A stretch of DNA of 64,000 bases from Candidatus Aenigmatarchaeota archaeon (GCA_016198685.1 JACQID010000008.1:64001-128000); one strand, 5' to 3'; shown: positions 36,861-46,861, numbered from the stretch's first letter. Made by a program: numbers and translations. The notes: generated from the letters alone by a model not told the origin.

Positions 36861-37454
36861 TTACACATAAAGCACATGACGATACAGAATCTTATCTGGA
36901 AGCCCTGTGCCAGGCTCAAGAGATGCAACTATCTCGAAAGGCCCATGCCTGCCCAAAGAATCTCTCACAATGGGCGAAAATCCGTCAGGCGTAGGATGAG
37001 AAAAATACGATGCATCTTCTCCGAATGTTCTGACTGCATCATCCTTGTTAATGGATGTCCTGCTTGGCAAACCGGTAACATAATCTATTTCTGTTATCCA
37101 TCCGTCAGGCGGCAATTCGACAGGGATTTTGTTGTCTCCTTCGGCTATCCACATTTCGGATTTTTCGTCAAAATAAACTCTTAGCGGTCTTTCTATCATA
37201 ATTTTTCCGTCTGTATATGTCGATGTCCATTCCCCTTGTCCGTTGTCTCTATGTACAGCCTGCCTGTATGCCGGGGACAGCCAGCCTTGTTCGTTTCTGC
37301 CAAAATACGCTGTCACTAGATCTTTTATCGTAGGCAGGAATAATGCTTTGTCTAAATTTGATATCGGAGAACCTTTCAGATCAAGTAGTTTTTCACCTAG
37401 GTAAAATTCTCCATCTTTCGCAGGAACGTAAATGCTGTTCTTCGGGTTTGACAT
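36861..37454 (-). CDS. Hypothetical protein
   Basis: 197-aa ORF, no recognised motif. Confidence 0.6.
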   Translation of the reverse strand: MSNPKNSIYVPAKDGEFYLGEKLLDLKGSPISNLDKALFLPTIKDLVTAYFGRNEQGWLSPAYRQAVHRDNGQGEWTSTYTDGKIMIERPLRVYFDEKSEMWIAEGDNKIPVELPPDGWITEIDYVTGLPSRTSINKDDAVRTFGEDASYFSHPTPDGFSPIVRDSLGRHGPFEIVASLEPGTGLPDKILYRHVLYV

Positions 37455-37553
37455 CTATATAATTGTCAACTGGTATATTTAAAGCTTTACTACTTTTAAG
37501 TAATATAAAACATTAATTAATTCCTCAAATAAATAAACCCACGCAAATATCTA

Positions 37554-37940
37554 ATGATGGGAAATATCCCTTCTTCTGATTCGGAATGGAAGAAGAAGCT
37601 CTCTGCAGAGCAATATCGTATTCTCAGGGAAAAAGGCACAGAAGCGCCGTTCACAGGCAAGCTTCTGAAGAACAAGGAAAAGGGTGCTTATTTGTGCAAA
37701 GGCTGCGGCACGGAATTATTTTCCTATGAAACCAAATTTGAATCAGGAACAGGCTGGCCAAGTTTTTATGACGCAAAGAACGTTCAACTGAGAGAAGATG
37801 ACAGCCACGGCATGCGCAGAACAGAAGTCCTATGCAAGAAATGCGGCGGGCACCTTGGGCATGTTTTTGATGATGGCCCACAGCCTACGGGCAAACGTTT
37901 CTGCATAAATTCGGCGGCGCTGGAGTTTCGGAAGAAATAG
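37554..37940 (+). CDS. msrB: Peptide-methionine (R)-S-oxide reductase
   Basis: [48 protein letters not shown]. Confidence 0.97.
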   Translation: MMGNIPSSDSEWKKKLSAEQYRILREKGTEAPFTGKLLKNKEKGAYLCKGCGTELFSYETKFESGTGWPSFYDAKNVQLREDDSHGMRRTEVLCKKCGGHLGHVFDDGPQPTGKRFCINSAALEFRKK

Positions 37941-37945
37941 CGTCA

Positions 37946-38197
37946 TTATTTGTATACGTTTCTTCTGTGACCTATTTCTATGGCCATTATTATCAATAGC
38001 TCGTTCTTGATGTCAAGAATTAGTCTATAATCGCCTACACGAAATCTGTAGTAGGGGAATCCAATTAATTTTCTTATGAATTCATACGGTCTTACTCTTA
38101 TTCTCTCCAAGGAAGAAATGATGCGTTCCTGCAGATTTTTTTCGAGTTTGTCGAGTTGTTTTTCTGCTAAAACGGAAAAAGCTATAGTGTAACTCAT
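37946..38197 (-). CDS. relE: RelE/ParE family toxin
   Basis: AEKQLDKL, YRFRVGDYRLI, IGHRRNVY. Confidence 0.92.
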   Translation of the reverse strand: MSYTIAFSVLAEKQLDKLEKNLQERIISSLERIRVRPYEFIRKLIGFPYYRFRVGDYRLILDIKNELLIIMAIEIGHRRNVYK

Positions 38198-38430
38198 AGT
38201 GCTTTTTCCTTCTTTATCTGTTCAAGTCTCTTGAATTTGCCTTCCTTGAACCATTTTTCAGAATTTTTTTCATACTCTTGTATGTGACGTTTGGTTTCCT
38301 CGGAAAGTTCGAGAGAATCCTCTACCAAATCCCATATGACGTCTTCATAACTCTCTCCTTTGAATAATTTCCTCTGTATGAGTTGATCCTGAAGACTTTC
38401 ACTTATTTGTATTGTCGTTGTCATAGACAT
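38194..38430 (-). CDS. Putative antitoxin (RHH-like)
   Basis: TTIQISESLQDQL...ESYEDVIWDL; overlaps relE start; CATAGACATC x2 and CTATAG x2 at 38422..38456 look like operators. Confidence 0.8.
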   Translation of the reverse strand: MSMTTTIQISESLQDQLIQRKLFKGESYEDVIWDLVEDSLELSEETKRHIQEYEKNSEKWFKEGKFKRLEQIKKEKAL

Positions 38431-38494
38431 CCATAGACATCTATAGTAAGCTATAGTATTTAAAGCTTTATTTCTTTTTCGACAAAATCAGAGA

Positions 38495-39082
38495 ATGAAA
38501 GCAATATTGGTCCATGGTTGGGATGGTCATCCTGAGGAAGGATGGTTCCCATGGCTCAAGAAAGAGCTTGAGAAAAGGGGCTTTGAAGTCACCGTCCCGC
38601 AACTACCAGACGCAGAAAAACCACGCATAGAAAAATGGATTCCGGCCCTTGCAATGGCCGCAGGCAAAGTAGATGAGAACACGTATTTTATTGGCCATAG
38701 CATGGGATGCCAGGCAATAGTGAGGTACGTTGAATCATTACCGGAGGCCGTGAAGATCGGCGGCGCTGTTTTTGTAGGCGGTTTTTTCCTGCGTTTAACT
38801 GGTCTTGAAAACGATGCTGATGTGCAGGAGACCGACCGGCACTGGCTCGGCTCCCCTGTTGACTTCAGGAAAGCAAAAAGCCACATGAGAAGAAGTGTTG
38901 CCATATTTTCGGATGATGACCCTTACGTGCCTCTTGATAATCAGGAGGATTTCATGGAAAAACTGGGATCGGAAATAATCATAGAACACAACAAGGGGCA
39001 TTACAACGAAAGTGCAGGCGCCTTTCAAGTTCCTTCAGTTCTTGATGCCGTTCTCAGTATTTCAGGAAAAGATAAACGGTAA
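38495..39082 (+). CDS. RBBP9/YdeN family alpha/beta hydrolase
   Basis: ILVHGW, WFPWL, GHSMG nucleophile, SDDDPYVP, GHYN. Confidence 0.92.
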   Translation: MKAILVHGWDGHPEEGWFPWLKKELEKRGFEVTVPQLPDAEKPRIEKWIPALAMAAGKVDENTYFIGHSMGCQAIVRYVESLPEAVKIGGAVFVGGFFLRLTGLENDADVQETDRHWLGSPVDFRKAKSHMRRSVAIFSDDDPYVPLDNQEDFMEKLGSEIIIEHNKGHYNESAGAFQVPSVLDAVLSISGKDKR

Positions 39083-39149
39083 AATATCATGCGATTTTCA
39101 GAAAAAGTGGTCTTGGTAACCGGAGAATAGTCTGGCTATAACAAATATA

Positions 39150-39200
39150 TACCATTACTTTACATCTTAAATATCTAATTATAGATAATTTGTAATGGTA
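39150..39200. promoter_or_regulatory. Nested inverted repeats around the TATA box of fic-2
   Basis: TACCATTAC-N33-GTAATGGTA; spacer contains TTAAATA and TATCTA-ATTA-TAGATA. Confidence 0.6.
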
Positions 39201-39202
39201 AC

Positions 39203-40063
39203 ATGAGAGTTGTGCAACGAAACAGGGGGGCAAGAACCTACTTCTATCTGCAATATTCATTCAGGAAAGACGGGCATGTTGTAACGAGAGAGAAATATCT
39301 GGGATTACACATACCGGAAAATATGGAAATAATCAAGGAGGAAGTTCTGAAGGAAATGAAACGTCACGTCTATTCTGACCTGGAAAATATAAAGGCGCGG
39401 TTCCAGCAGGAATGGCAGGGGCTGCCGGAAACAGTCAAGGAAAACCAAAAACACGAAATAGCGATAGCCTTCACTTACAATACGAATGCAATAGAAGGGT
39501 CAATAATAACACTGAAGGATGCAAGGGAGATAATAGCGGAAGGCATTGCGCCTGCAAAGCCGCTTCGTGACATCAAGGAAACAGAGTCCCATGCATCAGT
39601 TTTTTTGCGTATGCTAGGGGAAAATAATGATATAGACGAACAGTTATTGATCAAGTGGCACAAGGACCTATTTTTGCCCACAAAACCTGACATCGCAGGC
39701 ATTTTCAGAAATTATCTCATACGGGTCGGGTCTTATGTCGCGCCTGACTGGCAGGACGTGAAAGAGCTGATGCGTGAGCTCATAAGATTCATAAGGATGA
39801 GCAGCGGGAACCCTGTTGAGCATGCGGCCCGCGTCCATTACAGATTCGAGAAGATACATCCCTTCGGTGACGGCAACGGTAGGCTCGGGAGGCTTCTGAT
39901 GAACTGCATGCTCTGGCGTGCGGGCTACCCTATGCTCATAATAGAATACAGGAAAAGGCGTGCGTACTACGCCGCATTGGAAAAGGACGAGGAAGGCTTC
40001 GTGAAATATTTTATGAGGATGTATCTGAAGGCGTTCAAGAAACTGACAGGGAAAGCGCAATAG
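39203..40063 (+). CDS. Fic family protein with N-terminal putative DNA-binding domain
   Basis: HPFGDGNGRLGR, TNAIEG, N-terminal RGARTYFYLQYSFR...EKYLG. Confidence 0.92.
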   Translation: MRVVQRNRGARTYFYLQYSFRKDGHVVTREKYLGLHIPENMEIIKEEVLKEMKRHVYSDLENIKARFQQEWQGLPETVKENQKHEIAIAFTYNTNAIEGSIITLKDAREIIAEGIAPAKPLRDIKETESHASVFLRMLGENNDIDEQLLIKWHKDLFLPTKPDIAGIFRNYLIRVGSYVAPDWQDVKELMRELIRFIRMSSGNPVEHAARVHYRFEKIHPFGDGNGRLGRLLMNCMLWRAGYPMLIIEYRKRRAYYAALEKDEEGFVKYFMRMYLKAFKKLTGKAQ

Positions 40064-40123
40064 TGCAAGAAAAGAATGTATATGTGGCGGGGGTTACAGA
40101 ATATTCAACGGCTATAAATTTGT

Positions 40124-40339
40124 GTGAAGACCATGAAAAAACGCGTATTTACGATTCTGATAGAAAAAGGCGAAAACGGCGCCTATATAGCAGAAGTGCC
40201 GGGCCTCAAGGGCTGTAATACGCAAGGTGGCGCAGTAGAAGACGCGATGAAGAACATAAAGGAAACAACAGATACGTGCCTTGAAGAGCAGGACGTAATC
40301 CCGAACGAATTCGCAGAGGTCCAAAAAATAGGGGCATGA
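40124..40339 (+). CDS. hicB: HicB family antitoxin
   Basis: YIAEVPGLKGCNTQG..VEDAMKNIKE. Confidence 0.88.
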   Translation: MKTMKKRVFTILIEKGENGAYIAEVPGLKGCNTQGGAVEDAMKNIKETTDTCLEEQDVIPNEFAEVQKIGA

Positions 40340-40342
40340 TGC

Positions 40343-40510
40343 ATGAATTTGCCTTCGGGTTCCCGGCAGAAAATGATAAGGATTCTTTATATGCAAGGCT
40401 TTCAGATCGTCAGGCAACGAAGCAGTCACGTGCAGATGAAAGACGCAAAAGGAAGGTTTGTCACTGTGCTGGTTCATTCAGGAATGGGGACAAATCGTTC
40501 CGCCTGTTAG
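40343..40510 (+). pseudogene. hicA: Degenerate, truncated HicA toxin
   Basis: MNLPSGSRQKMIRILYMQGFQIVRQRSSHVQMKDAKGRFVTVLVHSG...*; GSH changed to SSH, VPVH to VLVH, C-terminal helices missing. Confidence 0.75.
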
Positions 40511-40543
40511 GCTGATAACTTTATGCAATTTTATCAGCCTAAC
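40506..40543. repeat. 13-bp perfect inverted repeat
   Basis: GTTAGGCTGATAA-N12-TTATCAGCCTAAC, overlapping the hicA premature stop. Confidence 0.8.
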
Positions 40544-40780
40544 TGTATTCAGGGAATTGCCATTGTCGCCAAAGAGTGTCGTAGCCGTGTCCAGCAACGG
40601 CTCGGTTCCTTACGCGCCTTTGGCAAAGAAGGCGGTATTTTTCACAGCCACGGACAATAATCCGCCAATTCCGCGGATTATTGAAACTTAATTTACAACT
40701 GTTCTTATTGTCGGGCATGTCATTTTGTTATGGCGACCAGCTAAGTTAATTATATATGTAATGGAAAAGTAATGTGACGT

Positions 40781-41218
40781 ATGTACAACAAAATAGAGAA
40801 GAAATTGATTCAAGCGGCCATGGAAGGCGTGAAGAATGCTTTTACTGGAAAGAATAAACCAAAAGATGTTAGGTTTGGGGCAGCTGTTCTTACAAAGAAA
40901 GGCAACATATACTTTTCCGGTCAGTACTACTCTGATACATATTCACTCACACTTCATGCAGAACAGGCGGTACTTGCGTATGCAGCTGCTCATGGAGAGT
41001 ATGACATAGTTGCGATTGCAATTACAGGGAATGGATCTGCCGGAGGTATAAGGGGCGACGATTCTATATACCCATGTCATATGTGCAAACAGCTTCTGTG
41101 GGAAAGCTACATTCGCTCTAAACGAAATACAGAAATTATACTGGCAGATGAAAAAGGCAACGTTATAGAAAGACTGAAACTGCTTGACATAATGAATCAC
41201 GCGTGGCCGAAAGGTTGA
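40781..41218 (+). CDS. cdd: Cytidine deaminase family
   Basis: FGAAVLT, HAEQA, PCHMCKQ zinc-binding motifs. Confidence 0.85.
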   Translation: MYNKIEKKLIQAAMEGVKNAFTGKNKPKDVRFGAAVLTKKGNIYFSGQYYSDTYSLTLHAEQAVLAYAAAHGEYDIVAIAITGNGSAGGIRGDDSIYPCHMCKQLLWESYIRSKRNTEIILADEKGNVIERLKLLDIMNHAWPKG

Positions 41219-41256
41219 GAATATAAATTTAATTATAGGAATAGTTGATGTTGGTT

Positions 41257-41329
41257 GGGCTTGTAGTCTAGCTTGGTAGGATCCGTGCTTTGGGAGCATG
41301 AGACCCAGGTTCAAATCCTGGCGAGCCCA
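41257..41329 (+). tRNA. tRNA-Pro(TGG), intronless
   Basis: GGGCTTG/CGAGCCC, CGTGC-TTTGGGA-GCATG, CCAGG-TTCAAAT-CCTGG. Confidence 0.97.
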
Positions 41330-41388
41330 TTAATTTTGCTTATTTCGGCTTTAAAAAAATAATGAACATTTTCTTTTCAGGATAATTT

Positions 41389-42393
41389 ATGGCTGTGTTT
41401 TCTGATGTTGATATTCGTGCAAATCTGGGCAATCTAATAGACATAGAAAATTTTGACGAGAAGCACCTGAGACCCAATTCTTATGATGTAGACAGGGGAG
41501 ATTTATGGGAAGTTACAGACAGCAGCGTGAAAGAAAATATACTTGAAGTGCAGAGAAGGCTTGGGAGCCGCGGAATTGATACGGAATATATGCTTCCTGA
41601 ATTAAAGCCCCGGCAGTTGCGAAGGCTCAAGAAAGATCCTATACTCGTGCCTAAAAATGTATATATTGCCGAGTGTGTCCCGGGAGCATGGGTTTCAGAT
41701 AACATGTCTGCCAGAATCATACCCAGGAGCCGCCATGCAAGAGACGGGCTTTATGCATTCAATCCAAATCTGAACTCAAACATGCCTTTTCTTGCTATCG
41801 TCCCGCATGCTTATGCGAAAGCGCCAGAGCATGGAATAGCCCAGATGATAATATACGAGCGCGGAACCAAGGCACTCACACGTGCGGAAATAAGAGAGTC
41901 CATCAACAACGGCAATTTATATTACCGTGACCCGGCCAGTCAATCAGAAGCCCGAATCTTTTCTGACGAAGATGACAAAGGTTTTATGCCCGCAAGATTT
42001 GCGAATGAACTTGTCGCATACAAAGGTAACACGCTGGGTAATGGGGAAAGCTCAGAGAAGTTCTCGAATGGGGGCAGTCGCAGGGGCGTTTTCGATTTTT
42101 ATCTTGGCGTAACGGTTGAGGAATTCGGAACAGGGAAATCCCATATCTTATGGATGCTCTCTGACAAGGGACATATATATCCCAATGCGCCTCTGTGCAA
42201 TGCAGGCGTCCCTGCGCAGCAACATACGCTGGAAGTTACTCTAAATCCGGAGGAAATAACGAAGATAAAATCCGGAAGATATCCGCACGCATGCCGTCTG
42301 AGGGCATATGCCCTGAAGACGCCGGCTTCAGCAGACTATGCAGAAGTCGGGAATTACAACGGGCAGACATCACCACTGCCGAGGATAGCTTGA
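41389..42393 (+). CDS. Divergent dCTP deaminase-like protein (two-domain type)
   Basis: N-terminal FSDVDI...LRPNSYDV resembles the dCTP deaminase start; PRSRHARDG, IAQMI; 334 aa. Confidence 0.5.
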   Translation: MAVFSDVDIRANLGNLIDIENFDEKHLRPNSYDVDRGDLWEVTDSSVKENILEVQRRLGSRGIDTEYMLPELKPRQLRRLKKDPILVPKNVYIAECVPGAWVSDNMSARIIPRSRHARDGLYAFNPNLNSNMPFLAIVPHAYAKAPEHGIAQMIIYERGTKALTRAEIRESINNGNLYYRDPASQSEARIFSDEDDKGFMPARFANELVAYKGNTLGNGESSEKFSNGGSRRGVFDFYLGVTVEEFGTGKSHILWMLSDKGHIYPNAPLCNAGVPAQQHTLEVTLNPEEITKIKSGRYPHACRLRAYALKTPASADYAEVGNYNGQTSPLPRIA

Positions 42394-42433
42394 ACTGTTG
42401 ATAACGACATCCAAAACCTATTAATCCGGTAAT

Positions 42434-43870
42434 ATGAAAGTGATAAGCATGTCAGAAGATTTGGGAATTACGGTGAAGCGGGAAGAAGATTTCTCCAAGT
42501 GGTATCTTGAGATCGTGAGAAAGGGCAATTTCATGGACCAGCGTACTCCAATGAAAGGGTTTGATGTCATAATGCCATGGGGATATGCCGTATGGGAGAT
42601 AATGCAGCAGACTTTCGACCGGATGATAAAGGAGAAAGGAGTGCAGAATGCATACTTCCCGTCCTTCATTCCTGAAAGCCTGATAAAGAAAGAGGAAGAG
42701 CATTTCGCGGGTTTCAAGGCGGAAGTAGCCAAGGTCACTGAAGCCGGCGGCGAAAAGCTTGCCGATCCTCTAATTGTCCGTCCTACGTCTGAAATGATTA
42801 TGTATTATATGTATAAGCTATGGATACGCTCTTACAAGGATCTGCCGCTTAAAATCAATCAGTGGAACAATATCGTGCGCATAGACACGAAAGTCACAAA
42901 GCCGTTCATCCGGGGCCGCGAATTTCTCTGGCAGGAAGGCCATACCGCGCATGCCACGAAAGGCGAGGCAGAGGAATTCCTTCATGATATCATAGGATTA
43001 TATGCAAAGATGTACGAGCTTTTTGCGATGGAAGGCTTGAAATTGGTACGGCCCCAGCACGACACGTTCCCTGGCGCAGGCTATACCGTTGTATTCGATA
43101 CTCTTGTTCAGGATGGAAAAGTTGTCCAGGGTCCGGGTTCGCATTTCCTTGCGCAAAAATTCTCAAAGGCGCTTGACATTGCTTATACGGATGAAAAAGA
43201 ACAGAAGCAGCACGTCTGGCAGACCTGCTGGGGCCTTACAACAAGACAGATAGGAATACTTCTCATGCATCATGGTGATGACAAGGGCGCAGTGTTGCCT
43301 CCTGGGGTTGCCCCGATACAGGTCGTCATAATACCTATCTTGTTCAAGGGCAAGGAAGAAATTGTGCTTGAAAAGGCCAGAGAAATAGCCAAGAAGCTGA
43401 AGGCTCGGGTTTACATAGACGAAAGGAATCATACAGCCGGCTTCAAGTTCAACGAATGGGAACTTAAGGGCGTCCCTCTTCGCATAGAGATAGGGCCAAA
43501 GGATATTGAAGCCGGACACATAACTGTTGTGCGAAGAGACACACGTGAGAAAATCCAGGTCAAGACGGTAACTGACGTTGAGAAGATGCTTGAGAAAATG
43601 CAGCATGACATGCTCGAAAAATCCCGGACATTCCTCAAGGAAAATATACGCGACGCAAAAAGCAAACAGGAAGCGATATCTGCCATGGCAAAGGGCGGCT
43701 TTGTGCGAATAAACTGGTGCGGCTCTGCTGAATGCGATAAATCCCTGAAGAAAGAAACCGGCGGCGAGATACGCGGCATTCTATGGGGCAAAAGCGAGCA
43801 TGCATCGGGCGCATGCCTCTATTGCTCCTCTCCTGCCGGCCATGTAGCGTATGCGGCAAGAGCATACTGA
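42434..43870 (+). CDS. proS: Proline--tRNA ligase (archaeal/eukaryotic type)
   Basis: FSKWY, VRPTSE, NQWNNIVR, REFLWQEGHT, QTCWGLTTR, GVPLRIEIG. Confidence 0.97.
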   Translation: MKVISMSEDLGITVKREEDFSKWYLEIVRKGNFMDQRTPMKGFDVIMPWGYAVWEIMQQTFDRMIKEKGVQNAYFPSFIPESLIKKEEEHFAGFKAEVAKVTEAGGEKLADPLIVRPTSEMIMYYMYKLWIRSYKDLPLKINQWNNIVRIDTKVTKPFIRGREFLWQEGHTAHATKGEAEEFLHDIIGLYAKMYELFAMEGLKLVRPQHDTFPGAGYTVVFDTLVQDGKVVQGPGSHFLAQKFSKALDIAYTDEKEQKQHVWQTCWGLTTRQIGILLMHHGDDKGAVLPPGVAPIQVVIIPILFKGKEEIVLEKAREIAKKLKARVYIDERNHTAGFKFNEWELKGVPLRIEIGPKDIEAGHITVVRRDTREKIQVKTVTDVEKMLEKMQHDMLEKSRTFLKENIRDAKSKQEAISAMAKGGFVRINWCGSAECDKSLKKETGGEIRGILWGKSEHASGACLYCSSPAGHVAYAARAY

Positions 43871-43912
43871 ATAGTGCAAATCAATTTATTCCGCCAAAGC
43901 TGATAATTAAGC

Positions 43913-44281
43913 ATGAAAAGCGAAAAAATAGCGCGCCAGGAGATAGAGCGTCTTTTTGCTAGTGACAATTATATTTCTCTAAAGCCGTTGGATAAGCCCG
44001 TGCAGATGCCGATGGAAAATATTATTTCACTGGAAGGAATGGCAGAGCCTGTGATGCCAGACATTGAAATTTCCTTGGACCTGCTTGGTATGTTTCCCAA
44101 TGAATCTGATACCCAAGGTCTTGTCATGAAGATATTGCAAAATAGATGCGAGCATCTTTCCCCCGGCGTGGAATGCAATGTAGGGGGCTTTGGCAGCCTG
44201 CAATGCCTCGATCAGCCTTTCCATAACCAATGTCCTTTCAAGCAGAATCATGCTGAGCTCGAGCGCCAAAAGACGCTCTGA
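43913..44281 (+). CDS. Hypothetical protein
   Basis: 122-aa ORF with Cys cluster; TATA-like element about 25 nt upstream. Confidence 0.5.
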   Translation: MKSEKIARQEIERLFASDNYISLKPLDKPVQMPMENIISLEGMAEPVMPDIEISLDLLGMFPNESDTQGLVMKILQNRCEHLSPGVECNVGGFGSLQCLDQPFHNQCPFKQNHAELERQKTL

Positions 44282-44336
44282 AAACTTAAATACTTAACAG
44301 TCAATAACTAATAGGTTTCATTCTAACGGTGAACAA

Positions 44337-44954
44337 ATGCAGGCTCAACGGATAACGGCGGAAGATGCCATGAAAACAGGAACAACTACTCTTGCAATGG
44401 TTTGCAAGGATTGCGTAGTTGTAGCTGCCGAAAGCAAGGTTACTATGGGATATCTTGTTTCTTCGAAAGAATTCCCTAAAGTATACCAGATAGATGACAA
44501 GATAGTCATGACAGTTTCCGGCGGCGTTGGAGACGCGCAGAGCGTGGTCAGGATACTCAAGGCCGAAATAAACATATACAAGTTAACAAGGAATGCAGAG
44601 CTCACGGTGAAAGGAGTCGCCACGCTTCTTGCAAACATCCAGCAGAATTCAAGATTTTACCCTTACATGCTTATGCCGATAATAGCAGGCGTAGACCGCA
44701 CAGGCATGCGGGTTTTCAGCGTGGATCCTGCAGGAGGCATAGGTGAAGACGCTTTCACTTCCACAGGTTCAGGTTCGCCGTTCGCATACGGCGTACTGGA
44801 AGACGGCTTCAAGAAGGACATGACAAGGGAAGAAGGCATAGACCTTGCAGTCCGCGCCATCAGAGCTGCACGAGAACGTGACATAGCTTCAGGCGGAAAG
44901 AATATAGATATAGCTGTCATAGACAAGAATGGCACGGAATTTCTGAGAAAGTGA
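44337..44954 (+). CDS. psmB: Proteasome subunit beta
   Basis: Propeptide G-TTT, TGSGSPFAYGVLE, RDIASG. Confidence 0.96.
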   Translation: MQAQRITAEDAMKTGTTTLAMVCKDCVVVAAESKVTMGYLVSSKEFPKVYQIDDKIVMTVSGGVGDAQSVVRILKAEINIYKLTRNAELTVKGVATLLANIQQNSRFYPYMLMPIIAGVDRTGMRVFSVDPAGGIGEDAFTSTGSGSPFAYGVLEDGFKKDMTREEGIDLAVRAIRAARERDIASGGKNIDIAVIDKNGTEFLRK

Positions 44955-44998
44955 AAATTTCATATTATCATAATTACGCCTAGTTTTCAGGTGAACAC

Positions 44999-46861
44999 AT
45001 GACAATATTGGAAGATGTAAAAAAAGAACTGCCGGCAGATGCCGAAATCAGCGATTCATCATATGAAGGCAGTGAACTGATCTACTATACAAAAAATAAG
45101 GCATTCTTCACCGACTCCCTTCCTGCGATAAAGAAGCTAGTCAGTAAATTCAAGAAACGAATAGAGATACGAGCCGATCCTTTAATTGTCATGAACGAAG
45201 AAAAAACCGTTGAATTCATACGCAAGATCGTGCCTAAAGAAGCTGGCATAAAAGACATTTATTTTGAGCCTGAGTTTGCTAAAGTCGTAATTCACTCAGA
45301 GAAGCCGGGAATCGTCATAGGGAGAAGCGGTGAAGTTCTTGCTGAGATACGCAACAAGACTTTTTGGACTCCTGACATCAGGCGCGCTCCGGCTATAGAC
45401 TCGGAAATCATACGTTCCATAAGAAAGATGTTGCATAATGAAGCCGGTTACAGGAAGAAATTTCTGCATGAGACAGGAAAGAAAATATATTCCGAAGGCA
45501 AGGACGTTGAATGGGTAAGAATCACGGCTCTTGGTGCTTTCAGGCAGGTAGGCAAATCGGCAGTGCTTGTGCAGACGCCTCAGAGCAAAATATTATTGGA
45601 TTGCGGTATTGATGTTTCGGCCACAGGCAACAGGCCTTTTCCGTATCTTGATGCCCCTGAATTCCAGTTGCAGGCTTTGGACGCGGTCGTAATAAGCCAC
45701 GCGCACCTCGATCATGCAGGTTTCGTGCCGTATCTTTATGAGTATGGTTACCGCGGCCCCCTGTACTGCACAAGGCCTACAAGAGATACGATGACACTTT
45801 TGCAGCTTGATTATATCCAGATTTGCCAGCGAGAAAACAAGAAGGCCCCTTATAGCTCAAAGGCGATAGAAGAGATGATCAAGCACTGCATACCTCTTGA
45901 GTATGGGGAGGTTTCGGATATAACACCTGACATACGTCTCACACTCAATAATGCCGGGCACATATTAGGATCGGCTACAACACATCTCAACGTTGGCAAT
46001 GGCCAGTATAATTTCCTATATACAGGAGATCTCAAATACGAGAACACCAAGATGTTTGACAAGGCTTATACTGATTATGCAAGAGTAGAATGCGTATTGA
46101 TAGAAGGGACTTATGGCGCCAAGACTGACACGCTGCCGCCCGGAGAGAAAGGAGAAGAATATCTGATAGCGAAAGTCAAGGAAGTCAAGGAGCGTGGAGG
46201 AAAAGTCATAATTCCCAGTTTTGCTGTGGGCAGAGCTCAGGAAGTCATAGCCATGCTCATGGATTCGGATATAGATATGACGGTCTATCTGGACGGCATG
46301 CTATGGGACGCGACGGCCATCAATACTGCGTATCCTGAGTTCATGTCAAAGACCATGCAATCAAAAATACTTCACGAGGGCAAGAATCCATTCATGGATC
46401 CAAGGCTCAAGGGGGTCGGTTCACAGAAGGAAAGGATGGCCATCATCGAGTCAGTTGAGTCATGCGTCATTCTTGCAACTTCAGGTATGCTGGTGGGCGG
46501 GCCTGTCATGAATTATCTTGAAAATTTCGCAGGTAACGAGAAGAATGCCTTGCTGTTCGTAGGATATCAGGCTGAAGGCACCATGGGAAGAAGGATACAA
46601 AAGGGCTGGACGCACATACAGATGGACAATGGCAAAAGCATGGAACTGAAGCTGGAGATAGGCACTGTTAAAGGACTTTCCGGTCACAGTGATTTCAGCC
46701 AGCTCATGGCATTCATAGCTGCTTTCAGGACCCGACCCAAGAAAATACTCGTCAACCATTGCGAAAACACGAAATGCGTGGAGTTTGCAAAGGAAGCTCA
46801 TAAGCACTTTGGAGTAGAAACTATGGCTCCAAAATTGCTCGAGACCATCCGGCTGAAGTGA
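44999..46861 (+). CDS. Beta-CASP ribonuclease aCPSF1 (FttA)
   Basis: N-terminal KH (KPGIVIG), SHAHLDH, AGHILG, SGML.GG, GYQAEGT, SGHSD. Confidence 0.96.
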   Translation: MTILEDVKKELPADAEISDSSYEGSELIYYTKNKAFFTDSLPAIKKLVSKFKKRIEIRADPLIVMNEEKTVEFIRKIVPKEAGIKDIYFEPEFAKVVIHSEKPGIVIGRSGEVLAEIRNKTFWTPDIRRAPAIDSEIIRSIRKMLHNEAGYRKKFLHETGKKIYSEGKDVEWVRITALGAFRQVGKSAVLVQTPQSKILLDCGIDVSATGNRPFPYLDAPEFQLQALDAVVISHAHLDHAGFVPYLYEYGYRGPLYCTRPTRDTMTLLQLDYIQICQRENKKAPYSSKAIEEMIKHCIPLEYGEVSDITPDIRLTLNNAGHILGSATTHLNVGNGQYNFLYTGDLKYENTKMFDKAYTDYARVECVLIEGTYGAKTDTLPPGEKGEEYLIAKVKEVKERGGKVIIPSFAVGRAQEVIAMLMDSDIDMTVYLDGMLWDATAINTAYPEFMSKTMQSKILHEGKNPFMDPRLKGVGSQKERMAIIESVESCVILATSGMLVGGPVMNYLENFAGNEKNALLFVGYQAEGTMGRRIQKGWTHIQMDNGKSMELKLEIGTVKGLSGHSDFSQLMAFIAAFRTRPKKILVNHCENTKCVEFAKEAHKHFGVETMAPKLLETIRLK

